DNA of 64,000 bases from Mustelus asterias (Eukaryota). Positions 12,304-23,879 of this stretch are shown piece by piece (positions within the stretch are counted from its first letter, which is position 1; the number at the start of each line of letters is the position of its first letter). The stretch covers positions 52,824,001-52,888,000 of the forward strand of contig NC_135824.1 of NCBI RefSeq assembly GCF_964213995.1, given 5' to 3'. A program made the translations under genes and the position numbers. Under the pieces are notes generated by a model. That model saw nothing but the letters and a program-made list of their open reading frames with translations, was not told the DNA's origin and searched no databases.

Positions 12304-13069
12304 CTATGGAGCTCATAAACAGATGAGCCATGGTCTCATTGAATGACTGAATTGTTCCAAAGTGATGATGAAAGGCCTCCTCCTCTTCCTGTGTAAAACA
12401 GAGACGAGAAGGAATTTCTTCAGCCAGAGAGTGATGAATCTGTGGAACTCTTTGCCGCAGAAGGCTGTGAAGGCCTTCTGCGGCATTGAAATCTTTAAGA
12501 CAGAGATAGATAGGTTCTTGATTAATAAGGGATCAGGAGTTATGGGGAAAAGGCAGGAGAATGGGGATGAGAAAAATATCAGCCATGATTGAATGGTGGA
12601 GCAGCCTCGATGGACCGAGTGGCCTAGTTCTGTTCCTACGTCTTATGGTCTTATCGGTTCCAGAGAGGGAAAAGGCTGAATGAGCCCCTCCCTTTTATAT
12701 GTAACAAAACCAAAGGGACTGAATGGCCTTCCGGCTGTCCCTGTCTTGTCGGGTCACCCAGGCCGAATAGCCTCCTGCTGTTCCTGTTGAACCATGTACC
12801 AGGCATTGCTCTCTCGCGGTCCTCTTGTCGCCGCCTGTTGTTGCTGTGGGGAAAAACACACTGTCAGTGGATACAATCCAAACATTTGTTACTGTAGTCA
12901 CAAACTCTCAATTCTCGGATCATCCTTGTTAATCTATCTCTGGCCTTTTTTACATTTATTCTCTCCGTTCTGTGTTTACTGAGCCCCCTCTTCCTGCAAT
13001 AAACACGTTAATTCTGCAAAGACGTTGCAGCTCTTTTTTTCATTCACAGGTGTTTCCTGCTGCCTTAGG

Positions 13070-13106
13070 GGTTTTTGTTGAACTGCTCCGTCTGTGAGTC
13101 ACTGTG
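13070..13106 (-). promoter_or_regulatory. RSS with shortened 21-bp spacer
   Basis: CACAGTG 13106-13100, ACAAAAACC 13078-13070; spacer is 2 bp shorter than in the paralogous RSS. Confidence 0.9.
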
Positions 13107-13299
13107 AAGACTCCAGGCACAGTAATACACAGCCGAGTGATTCACCCGCAGGCTGGAGGCATTCAGGTTGAACCCAGAGCCACTGGGTCGCTTGGCGCTG
13201 AAACCGCCTACCGTCCCCTGTGGATTTATGTGAACGGAACCCCTGGAGTAAAACAGACACCGCAGCTCCTTCCCCGGGTACTGCCTGTACCAGTACATG

Positions 13300-13582
13300 A
13301 TGTGGAGAAGCTGACGTTGGACTGGGGTAAGCACAGTAAGAAGTCTCACAACACCAGGTTAAAGTCCAACAGGTTTATTTGCAAGCACGAGCTTTCGGAG
13401 CGCTGTCCATTCATCAGGTGAGTGAGGAGCTGTGTTCACAAACAGGGTTTGTGATACAGGCTCAATTTACAAGATAAAGGTTGGAATGCAAGTCTTTACA
13501 GGTAATCAAGTCTTAAAAGTACAGAAAACTTGTGCTACCAAACAAACCTGTTGGACTTAACCTGGTGTTGTGAGACTTCTTA
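13300..13582. mobile_element. Penelope-like pLTR insertion with internal inverted repeat
   Basis: 15-bp target duplication CTGTA(C/G)CAGTACATG (13285-13299, 13583-13597); same sequence as the PLE 3' end at 25975-26272. Confidence 0.85.
13386..13420 (-). ncRNA. Minimal type I hammerhead ribozyme motif (PLE-borne)
   Basis: CAC-CUGAUGA-stem II(GGA/UCC)-GAA-AGCU-C-GUG. Confidence 0.65.
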
Positions 13583-14255
13583 CTGTAGCAGTACATGTCA
13601 GGGTTGCTGCTGCCCTCCATAGTGCATTTCAGTCCCACTCCATCCCCGGGAACTCTGGAGACATCTGCGGGACTCTGATGGATAGTCTGTGAGTTCACAT
13701 CTGCGGAAGAGACAGAGGGAGGAGGTGGTCAGTAAATGGGGACATTGGGGAAAATTGGAGAAAACGAAACAAAAAAAAAGAAAGAGGCAAAGACACAGAA
13801 AGAGAAAGAGAGAGACAGACAGAAAGACAAGAGAGAACAATGTAAACGAAGGTAAACAATTAGATATATTATTTAGATGATTTTACTTACGGTGAAACAA
13901 GGTAATCAGACCCAGCAACAGATACATTTTTAACTGGAAGACGCAATAATGGAACGAGAACAGGAGCGTGGAGCCCAGTGAGGTGCCTGCGCAGTTTTTT
14001 CAAATCATTGAGAAAACATCAGCAGCCCAAGGCAGTGATGAACCTCTACCTCGCTGCTAATCCCTCTCTGATTTGCTGGGCCCTGCCTCTCTCTGGAGTG
14101 GTGTTCCCCACAGGGGCTGTCAAGGTTTAAAACTAATTTCGAAATTCCAAGGAAAGAACTAGACCACAAGATTTCAGGCTTTGAACTAATGCACAAAAAA
14201 TGCACAGCTTTGAATGTTAATGCACAAAAAAGCAAAGTGAACAGTACTAAACTTA

Positions 14256-14582
14256 CCAAAGATCATTAGACAGCACCTTCCAAACCCACGCCCACTTCCA
14301 GCCAGAAGGACAAGGGCAGCAGAGACATGGGAGCACCACTACCTGGAGGTTCCCCTCCAAGCCACTCACCATCCTAACTTGGAAATATCTCGCTGTTCCT
14401 ACGCAGTTGCTGGGTCGAAATCCTGGAATTCCTTCCCTAACAGCATTGTGGGTCAACCCACAGCACGCGGACTGCAGCGTTTCAAGAAGGCAGCTCACCA
14501 TCACCTTCTCAAGGGCAACGAGGGATGGGCAATAAATGCTGGTTAACCAGCAACACCCATTTCCTATGAACGAATAAAAAAT
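14256..14582 (+). mobile_element. L2/CR1-group LINE 3' end
   Basis: SWNSFPNSIVG...QRFKKAAHHHLLKGN-type C-terminus followed by a GAATAAAAAA tail. Confidence 0.65.
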
Positions 14583-14805
14583 GGGTATTTATAATTACTT
14601 GGATTTCAACACATTCCACGTTTTACTTTCACCTAAGAGTTTCCTAAAACTTTATAAGATCTTGAGGGTTTATTCACTTCTTCTGGGACCACCAAGTCCT
14701 GCCACAACTCTTCGTTATTCACTGTGTTTTCTCATCATTGATCCAGGTATTCTCTGATGGACCAATTATTTTGGGATTCTTCCACCAACATTTACTGTGT
14801 GTATA

Positions 14806-17800
14806 AAGAACAAAGAACAAAGAATAAAGAACAGTACAGCACAGGAAACAGGCCCTTCGGTTCTCCAAGCCTGTGCCGCTCATTGGTCCAACTAGACCAT
14901 TCGTTTGTATCCCTCCATTCCCAGACTGCTCATGTGACTATCCAGGTAAGTCTTAAACGATGCCAGCGTGTCCGCCTCCACCACCTTGCCTGGTTATTTA
15001 AGAAGGGTAGGAAGGATAACCCAGATAATTATAGGTCGGTGAGCTTGACGTCCGTGGTGGGGAGGTTGTTGGAGAAGATTCATAGAGATAGGATGTATGC
15101 GCATTTAGAAAGGAATAAACTCATTAACGATAGTCAGCATCCTTTTGTGAGAGGGAGGTCATGCCTCACTAACCTGGTGGAGTTTTTTGAAGAAGTGACC
15201 AGAATGGTTGACGAGGGAAGGGCCGTGGATGTCGTCTATATGGACTTTAGTAAAGCGTTTGACAAAGTCCCTCATGGTAGGCTGGTGAAAAAGGTTGGAT
15301 CTCATGGGATAAAGGGAGAGGTGGCTAGATGGGTGGAGAACTGGCTTGGTCACAGAAGACAGAGGGTGGTAGTGGAAGGGTCTTTTTCCGGCTGGATGCC
15401 TGTGACGAGTGGTGTTCCACAGGGCTCTGTATTGGGACCTCTGCTGTTTGTGATTTATATAAATGATCTGGAAGAAGGTGTAACTGGGGTGATCAGTAAG
15501 TTTGCGGACGACAAAAAATTGGCAGGACTTGCAGATAGTGAGGAGCATTGTCAGAAGCTACAGAAGGATATAGATAGGCTGGAAATTTGGGCAAAGAAAT
15601 GGCAGATGGAGTTCAATCCTGATGAATGCGAAGTGATGCATTTTGGTAGAAATAATGGAGGGAGGAGCTATACGATAAATGGCAGAACCATAAAGGGTGT
15701 AGATACACAGTGGGACCTGGGTGTGCAAGTGCACAGATCCTTGAAGGTGATGTCACAGGTGGAGAAGGTGGTGAAGAAGGCATATGGCATGCTTGACTTT
15801 ATAGGACGGGGCATAGAGTATAAAAGTTGGGGTCTGATGTTGCAGATGTATAGAACGTTGGTTCGGCCGCATTTCGAATACTGCGTCCAGTTCTGGTCGC
15901 CACACTACCAGAAGGACGTGGAGGCTTTGGAGAGAGTACAGAGGAGGTTTACCAGGATGTTGCCTGGTATGGAGGGGCTTAGTTATGAGGAGAGATTGGG
16001 TAAACTGGGGTTGTTCTCCCTGGAAAGACGGAGGATGAGGGGAGACTTAATAGAGGTGTATAAAATTATGAAAGGCATAGATAGGGTGAACGGTGGGAAG
16101 CTTTTCCCCAGGTCGGTGGTGACGTTCACGAGGGGTCATAGGTTCAAGGTGAAGGGGGGGAGGTTTAACACAGATATCAGAAGGACATATTTTACACAGA
16201 GGGTGGTGGGGGCCTGGAATGCGCTGCCAGGCAAGTTGGTGGAGGCGGACACACTGGGAACGTTTAAGACTTATCTAGACAGCCATATGAACGGAGTGGG
16301 AATGGAGGGATACAAAAGAATGGTCTAGTTTGGACCAGGGAGCGGCGCGGACTTGGAGGGCCGAAGAGCCTGTTCCTGTGCTGTATTGTTCTTTGTTCTT
16401 TGTTCTTGTCTGCCTCCACCACCCTACTTGGCAGCGCATTCCAGGCCCCCACCACTCTCTGTGTAGAAAACGTCCCTCTGATATCTGAGTTATACCTCGC
16501 CCCTCTCACCTTGATCGTCACCTCCGACCTGGGAAAAAGCTTCCCACTGTTCACCCTATCTATACCCTTCATAATTTTGTAAACCTCTATTAGGTCTCCC
16601 CTCAGTCTCCGTCTTTTCAGGGAGAACAAGCCCAGTTTAAACAATCTCTCCTCATAGCTAAGACCCTCCATACCAGGCAACATCCTGGTAAACCTTCTCT
16701 GCACTCTCTCTAAAGCCTCCACGTCCTTCTGGTAGTGCAGCGACCAGAACTGGATGCAGCACTCCAAATGTGGCCGAACCAGCATTCTATACAGCTGCAA
16801 CATCAGACTCCAGCTTTTATACTCTATACCCCGTCCTATAAAGGCAAGCATACCATACGCCTTCTTCACCACCTTCTCCACCTGTGTTGCCACCTTCAAG
16901 GATTTGTGGACTTGCACACCTAGGTCCCTCTGTGTTTCTATACTCTTTATGGCTCTGCCATTTATTGTATAACTCCCGCCTACATTAGTTCTTCCAAAAT
17001 GCATCACTTCGCATTTATCTGGATTAAATTCCATCTGCCATTTCTCCGCCCAATTTTCCAGCCTATCTATATCCTGCTGTATTGTCCGACAATGTTCATC
17101 GCTATCCGCAAGTCCAGCTATTTTCGTGTCATCCGCAAACTTGCTGATAACACCAGTTACACCTTCTTCCAAATCATGTATATATATCACAAATAGCAGA
17201 GGTCCCAGTACAGAGCCCTGCGGAACACCACTGGTCACAGACCTCCTGCCAGATAAAGACCCTTCGACTGCTACCCTCTGTCTCCTGTGGCCAAGCCAGT
17301 TTTCTACCCATCTCGCCACCTCTCCTTCTGTCCCATGAGCCTTAACCTTCTTAACCAACCTGCCATGAGGGAGTTTGTCAAATGCCTTACTGAAATCCAT
17401 ATAGACGACATCCATGGCCCTTCCTTCGTCAACCGTTTTTGTCACTTCCTCAAAAAACTCCACCAAATTTGTAAGGCACGACCTCCCTCTTACAAAACCA
17501 TGCTGTCTGTCACTAATGACATTGTTCCGTTCTAAATGCTGCCTTAAAAATGTTCTAAATGTTACCTAACACTTCCTCCCTTGTAATGGAGATTCTCTCT
17601 AACGGGTCAACACCTCCCTCTGAGACACTCCCAGTCAACAAGTCCCTCTCCTTTGTGAATACCGATGCAAAGTATTCATTTAGGATCTCCCCTATTCCCT
17701 TGGGTTTCAAGCATAATTCCCCTCCTTTGTCCCTGAGAGGCCGACTTTTTCTCTGACAACTCTTTTGTTCCTAACATATGAATAAAATGCCTTAGGATTC

Positions 17801-19612
17801 TCCTTAATCCTTTCAGCCAAGAACATTTCATGACCTCCTTTTGCCCTTCTAACTCCCCGTTTGAGTTCTTTCCTACTCTCTCTGTATTCCTCCAGAGCTC
17901 CATCTGTTTTCAGTTGCCTGGACCGAACGTACGCCTCTCTTTTCTTTTTGATCAGATCCTCAATTTCCTTGGTTATCCACGGCTCTCGAATCCAACCTTT
18001 TCTACCCTTCCTTTTTATAGGCACATGCCTGTCCTGCAGCCTTATCAACTGTTCCTTAAGAGATTCCCACATGCCAGACGTGGACTTACCCCCGAGAAGC
18101 CTCTCCCAATCAACGGCCACCAATTCCTGCCTAATCCGGCGATAGTTAACCTTCCCCCAATTTAGCACCCTACCCTTAAGACAACACTCGTCCTTGTCCA
18201 TTACTATCCTAAAGTTAACAGAGTTGTGGTCACTATTTGCCACATGTTCCCCGACCGAAACTTTGACGACCTGACCGGGCTGATTTCCCACCACTAGATC
18301 CAGTATACCCCCCTCTCTACTTGGGCTATCTACATCCTGTTCCAAAGAACCTTCCAGTACGCATTTTACAAATTCCTCCCCGTCCAGACCCCCAGCCCTA
18401 AGCACTTTCCAGTCCATACCGGGGAAATTGAAGTCTCTCACTGCAACAACCCTATTTTGTCTGCACGTATTCAGAATCTCCTGATATATCCGTTCCTCTA
18501 CTTCTCGTGGGCTGTTGGGTGGCCTGTAGTATACCCCCAGCATAGTGATTGCACCTTTCCTGTTTCTGAGCTCCACCCACAGCGTCATTACATGACCCCT
18601 CTAAATTGTCCACCCTCTGCACCGCTGTAATATGCTCCCTAACTAATACCGCTACTCCCCACCTTTTTTAGCCCCTCCTCTGTCTCGCCTAAAACACATA
18701 TACCCCGGAATATTCAGCTGCCAGTCCTGTCCTTCTTTTAACCATGTCTCCATCACCGCAACCACATCCAAATTCCGCATCAGCATTAAGGCCCTAAGTT
18801 CATCTGTCTAACCCGTTACGCTCCTCGCATCGAAGCAGATGCACTCCAGACCTCCAGGCCCACTCAGTCATCCTGCTCCAGAATGCTCTTCTTCTTATCT
18901 ATCCTTGCCCTGGCCCCCAGCTCGACCCCAGCCTCAGTACTTACTGACCTACTGTTTTGATCCCCACCCCCCTGCCACACTAGTTTAAACCCTGCCGAAA
19001 CACTCTAGCAAAACGCCCAGCCAGGATATTTGTGCCCTTCCAGTTAAGGTGTAACCCATCCTTTCCATACAGGTGCCATCCTCTCATGAAGACTTCCCAA
19101 TGATCTATGAATTTGAAACCCTCCCTCTTGCACCAGTCCTTTAGCCTCGTGTTCAATTGTAGAATCTCCCTGTTCCTGGCCTCACTAGCACAAGGCACCG
19201 GGAGCAGTCCAGAGATTGCTCCCCTACAGTCCTTATTTTTGAGCCTAGCACCCATCTCCCTGAATTGCTCTTGTATGAACCCCCCTGCTCTTTCTACCTA
19301 CGTCATTTTCACCAATGTGTACAATTACATCTGTTTGATTTCCTTCCCTTTTTAATATGCTTCCTGCCCTCTCGGAGACATCCAGTACCCCGGCATCAGG
19401 GAGGCAAACTACTATCCTGGAGTCTCGTTCGCACCCACAGAACCATGCCTCTAACCATCGCATCCCCCACCACTATTTCTCTCCTAATCCCCTTCTTTCC
19501 CTTCTGGACCTCTGAGCCTGTCTCTGTGCAGGCGATCTGGTCTTCGTGGCTTACCCCTGGAGGGTCATCCCCATCCACAGAGTCCAAAACAATATACCTA
19601 TTTTGGAGGGCA
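14806..19612 (-). mobile_element. Near full-length degenerate CR1 LINE (tail 14806-14992, body 16407-19612)
   Basis: Esterase ORF1 remnants (VHIGENDVG), endonuclease (17707-18588) and RT (16264-17466) ORFs. Confidence 0.85.
14993..16406 (+). mobile_element. 5'-truncated CR1 LINE with open RT frame, nested in the opposite-strand CR1
   Basis: Uninterrupted RT ([24 protein letters not shown]) and (TTCTTTG)n tail. Confidence 0.9.
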
Positions 19613-19614
19613 GT

Positions 19615-19935
19615 ATAGAATCATAGAATCCCTACAGTGCAGAAGGAGGCCATTCAGCCCATCGGGTCTGCATCGACCACAATCCCACCCAGGCCCCATC
19701 TCCGTAACCCCACGTATTTACCCTTCTAATTCCCTGACACTAAGGGGTATATGGCATGGCCAATCCACCTAACCCGCACACCTTTGGACTGTGGGAGGTA
19801 ACTGGAGCACCCGGAGGAAACCCACGCAGACACGGGGAGAACGTGCAAACTCCACACAGACAGTCACCCGAGGCTGGAATTGAACCCGGGTGCTTTGAGG
19901 CAGCAATGCTAACCACTATGCCATCGTGCCGCCCC
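19615..19935 (-). mobile_element. HE1-type SINE
   Basis: Full head, core and tail type 2. Confidence 0.85.
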
Positions 19936-20599
19936 GTGTACTCGGTGAAAGCGTGTATATTCAGTCTGTATACGTGGTGAAGATGAGGGTTTGTTTGCTC
20001 AGTCTCCCATACTGTGGTTTTGAAATTCTCAATTCAACATTTTCGTGTGTAAACCCGATCCAGTTGTGCTGAGTGGAATTTCAGCTCAAATTGATCTGCC
20101 CTCAGAGCCCGTGAAACCTCAGAGAGAGAGAAGGGCCAGATGTCCTCTCCCTCCGACAGGAAGTCAGAGGGAATAAAAGTCATGATGGAAAGTGAAAAAA
20201 GTGACAATGTTAGCAGCAAATGTTCAGTATGGAAAGTGTGTGTGAAACAGAGAGAAGGAGAGCAGAGGGAAGATTGTTAAATATTTGATTTGATTTATTA
20301 TTGTCACATGTATTGGGATACAGTGAAAAGTATCGTTTCTTGCGCGCTATACAGACAAAGCATACTGTTCATAGAGAAGGAAACTCGCAAAATGTAATCT
20401 TTGTACAGTTACTGTCGAGAAGCAACAATTAGGTTTCAATTGACAGCCACCAAAAGTCAGAGTTTGGACAGATTTTCATTATTCATCAAAACTTTTCAAT
20501 TAGTCCAAAAGACTGGGATTTTATTGAAAATCCAACAGTTTCAGAGAGAGTGCAGAATGCAGTGTTACAGTCATAGCTAGGGTGTAGAGAAAGCTAACA

Positions 20600-21870
20600 G
20601 GGCGGCACGGTAGCACAGTGGTTAGCACTGCTGCCTCACAGCTCCAGGGACCTGGGTTCGATTCCCGGTGTGGGTCACTGGCTGTGTGGAGTTTGCACAT
20701 TCTCCTCGTGTCTGCGTGGGTTACAAAGAACAATACAGGAGCAGGCCCTTCGGCCCTCCAAGCCCGCGCCGCTCCCTGGTCCAAACTAGACCATTCTTTT
20801 GTATCCCTCCATTCCCACTCCGTTCATATGGCTGTCTCGATAAGTCTTAAACGTTCCCAGTGTGTCCGCCTCCACCACCTTGCCTGGCAGCGCATTCCAG
20901 GCCCCCACCACCCTCTGTGTAAAATATGTCCGTCTGATATCTGTGTTAAACCTCCCCCCCTTCACCTTGAACCTATGACCCCTCGTGAACGTCACCACCG
21001 ACCTGGGGAAAAGCTTCCCACCGTTCACCCTATCTATGCCTTTCATAATTTTATACACCTCTATTAAGTCTCCCCTCATCCTCCGTCTTTCCAGGGAGAA
21101 CAACCCCAGTTTACCCAATCTCTCCTCATAACTAAGCCCCTCCATACCAGGTAACATCCTGGTAAACCTCCTCTGTACTCTCTCCAAAGCCTTCACGTCC
21201 TTCTGGTAGTGTGGCGACCAGAACTGGACGCAGTATTCCAGATGCGGCCGAACCAACGTTCTATACATCTGCAACATCAGACCCCAACTTTTATACTCTA
21301 TGCCCCGTCCTATAAAGGCAAGCATGCCATATGCCTTCTTCACCGCCTTCTCCACCTGTGACGTCACTTTCAAGGATCTGTGGACTTGCACACCCAGGTC
21401 CCTCTGCGTATCTACACCCTTTATGGTTCTGCCATTTATCATATAGCTCCTCCCTACATTATGTCTACCAAAATGCATCACTTCGCATTCATCAGGATTG
21501 AACTCCATCTGCCATTTCTTTGCCCAAATTTCCAGCCTATCTATATCCTTCTGTAGCTTCTGACAATGCTCCTCACTATCTGCAAGTCCTGCCAATTTTG
21601 TGTCGTCCGCAAACTTACTGATCACCCCAGTTACACCTTCTTCCAGATCATTTATATAAATCACCACCAGCGGAGGTTCCCTCCGGGTGCTCCGGTTTCC
21701 TCCCACAGTCCAAAGATGTGCGGGTTAGGTTGATTGGACAGGTTAAAAATTACCCCTGAGATGCGTGGATTAGCGGGTAAATATGTGAGGGCAGGGCCTG
21801 GGTGGGATTGTGGTCGGTGCAGACTCGATGGGCTGAATGGCCTACTTCTGCACTGTAGGGTTTATATGAT
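20600..21870 (+). mobile_element. HE1-type SINE split by a CR1 insertion (20600-20721 and ~21675-21870)
   Basis: SINE core breaks at GCGTGGGTT and resumes at GGTTCCCTCCGGGTGC. Confidence 0.8.
20722..21665 (-). mobile_element. 5'-truncated CR1 LINE (RT 3' part)
   Basis: Open frame YINDL...FADDTK...; near-identical to 15450-16390. Confidence 0.9.
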
Positions 21871-22019
21871 CAACGTAATGCAAGGTAGGTCCATTCAAAA
21901 GCCTGATGGTAGCAGGGAAGAAGATGTTCTTGAATCAGTTGGTACGTGACCTCAGACCTTTGTATCTTTTTCCCGACCGAAAGGTGTGCTTCTTTGCATT
22001 AATCAAATAAACTAAATCT

Positions 22020-22347
22020 TAGAATCTTAGAACAGTGCAGAAGGAAGTCCTTTGACGAAATGACCGTGCACCGACCACAATCCCACCCACGCCCTTTTCC
22101 CGTAACGCCAAGTGTTTATCTGGCTAGTTCCCCTGATACTAAAAGACAATTTAGCATGGCCAATCCACCTAACTTGCACTTCTTTGGAGTGTGGGAGGAA
22201 ACCGGAGCACCCGGAGGAAAGCCGGGTGCACATCCGGGTGCAGATATTGTGCAAACGCCACACAGACAACGGCCCAAGGTTGGAATTGAATTCAGGCATC
22301 TGGTGCTGTGAGGCAGCAGTGCTAACCACTGCGCCATCGTGGCGCCC
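22020..22347 (-). mobile_element. HE1-type SINE
   Basis: Head, core and tail recognisable. Confidence 0.8.
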
Positions 22348-22867
22348 CTTGTTAAGGGTGTGTGTCTGAGTGAATGTGGATGGAATGTAATGTTACTGGC
22401 ACAGGCTCAGCGTCCAAGCTTCCCTGGGATTCAGAATCTTTGGGATGGGGATCCCACCAGCAGAGGCAGCAGCGCTGAGAGCGGTGTCTGCTGTCGGCAA
22501 TGCACCGAGCGAATGGGTAGAGTTTGCGTGGCGAATCTCTGCAGGCTCAGGAATGCCGTGCTGCTCACATTTAGTCTGAATCACCACTACATTCCGGTGA
22601 GCTGATGGATAATTGGTGTCAACTGCTCAATAATGAAGCTGATCGATAACCTGCTGGGTTATGCCCATGGCCCTGTTCCCACTGGTTGTTAATCCATCCT
22701 CCATTTTACCCCAAACTATTCAATAGTGTCTTCAGCCATCTCAGCACACAGAATTTGCTTCTTCATTCTCTACATCATCCGGTCTTCCTGTAATTCCTTC
22801 CAAAATGATCCTTTCTGATTACTCACATAACCCGGGCATCTCTGGCTTGGTCATCATTCTTGTCTTG

Positions 22868-23728
22868 CGAAGGTGGTGGTGAGCTGCCTTCTTGAACTGT
22901 TGCACTCCATGCAGTGCAGGTACACCGAGAGTGCTTTTAGGGAGAGAATACCACTGCTTTGACTCAGCGACCATGAAGGAATGGTGATATGGTTCCAGGT
23001 CAGGATGATTTGTGATTTGGATAGGAAATCACAGGTGGTGGTGTTTCTACCACAACCTTGTCCTTCTAGATGGTAGAGCTTGTGGATCTGGAAGGTGTTG
23101 CTTCAGGAGCCCTGGTGAGTTGCTGCAGTGCATCTTGCAGACAATATACACAGCTGCCACTGTGCATCAGTAATTGGGGCGGCAGGGTAGCACAGTGGTT
23201 AGCACTGTTGCTTCACAGTGCCAGTGACCCGGGTTCGATTCCCGGCTTGGGTCACTCCCTGTGCGGAGTTTGCGCGTTCTCCCCGCATCTGCAAGTGTTT
23301 CCTCAAGATGCTCCAGTCTCCTCCCATATTCTGAAAGACGTGCTGGTTAGGGTGCATTGACCCGAACAGGTGCCGGACTGTGGTTACTCGGGGAATTTCA
23401 CAGTAACTTCATTGCAGTGTTAAATTAAGCCTTACTTGTGACTTATAAATAAACTTTAATGGAGAGAGTGGATGTTTAAGGTGCTGGATGGGGTGCCAAT
23501 CAAGTGGGCTGCTTTCTCATGGATGTTGTCTAACATATCGAGTGTTGTTGGAGATGTACTCAATCAGGCAAGTGGGGCGTATACCATCACACGCCTGACT
23601 TGTGCCTTGCAGATGGTTGACAGGCTTCGGGGAGTCAGGAGATTAGTTAGGCACCACAGAATTCCCAACCTTTGATCAGCTCTTGTATAGTCGCAGTATT
23701 TATTTAACTTGTCCAGTTCAGTTTCTCG
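22868..23728 (-). mobile_element. L2/CR1-group LINE 3' fragment with a SINE inserted at 23176-23458 (+)
   Basis: Reverse complement of the family at 14256-14582 (GAAGGTGGTGGTGAGCTGCCTTCTTGAA). Confidence 0.65.
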
Positions 23729-23879
23729 TCATTCAAGCTGAGGGACTCTCCTCCCAATCACCTCTTCTTTGGCTTACATTAAATTTAGAATTATAGAGTC
23801 AGTACAGCACAGGGGGAGGAAATTCGACCATTTGGGTGAAATGTAGAAAAATGATTTTGACACGAATGTCATGGCTCCA

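Larger units (their letters stand above)
13107..13927 (-). pseudogene. TRBV: TRBV30-like V pseudogene (leader 13927-13891; V exon 13700-13107 split by an insertion)
   Basis: MYLLLGLITLFH|HVNSQTIHQSPADV...LKCTMEGSSNPDMY [insert] WYRQYPGK...YYCAWSL; GTAAGT donor and AG acceptor intact. Confidence 0.92.

Noticed and set aside
22385-22600. Possible fourth V remnant (minus strand FRLNVSS... and CASN)
   Set aside because: No WYRQ, YYC or RSS, and no nucleotide match to the other V genes
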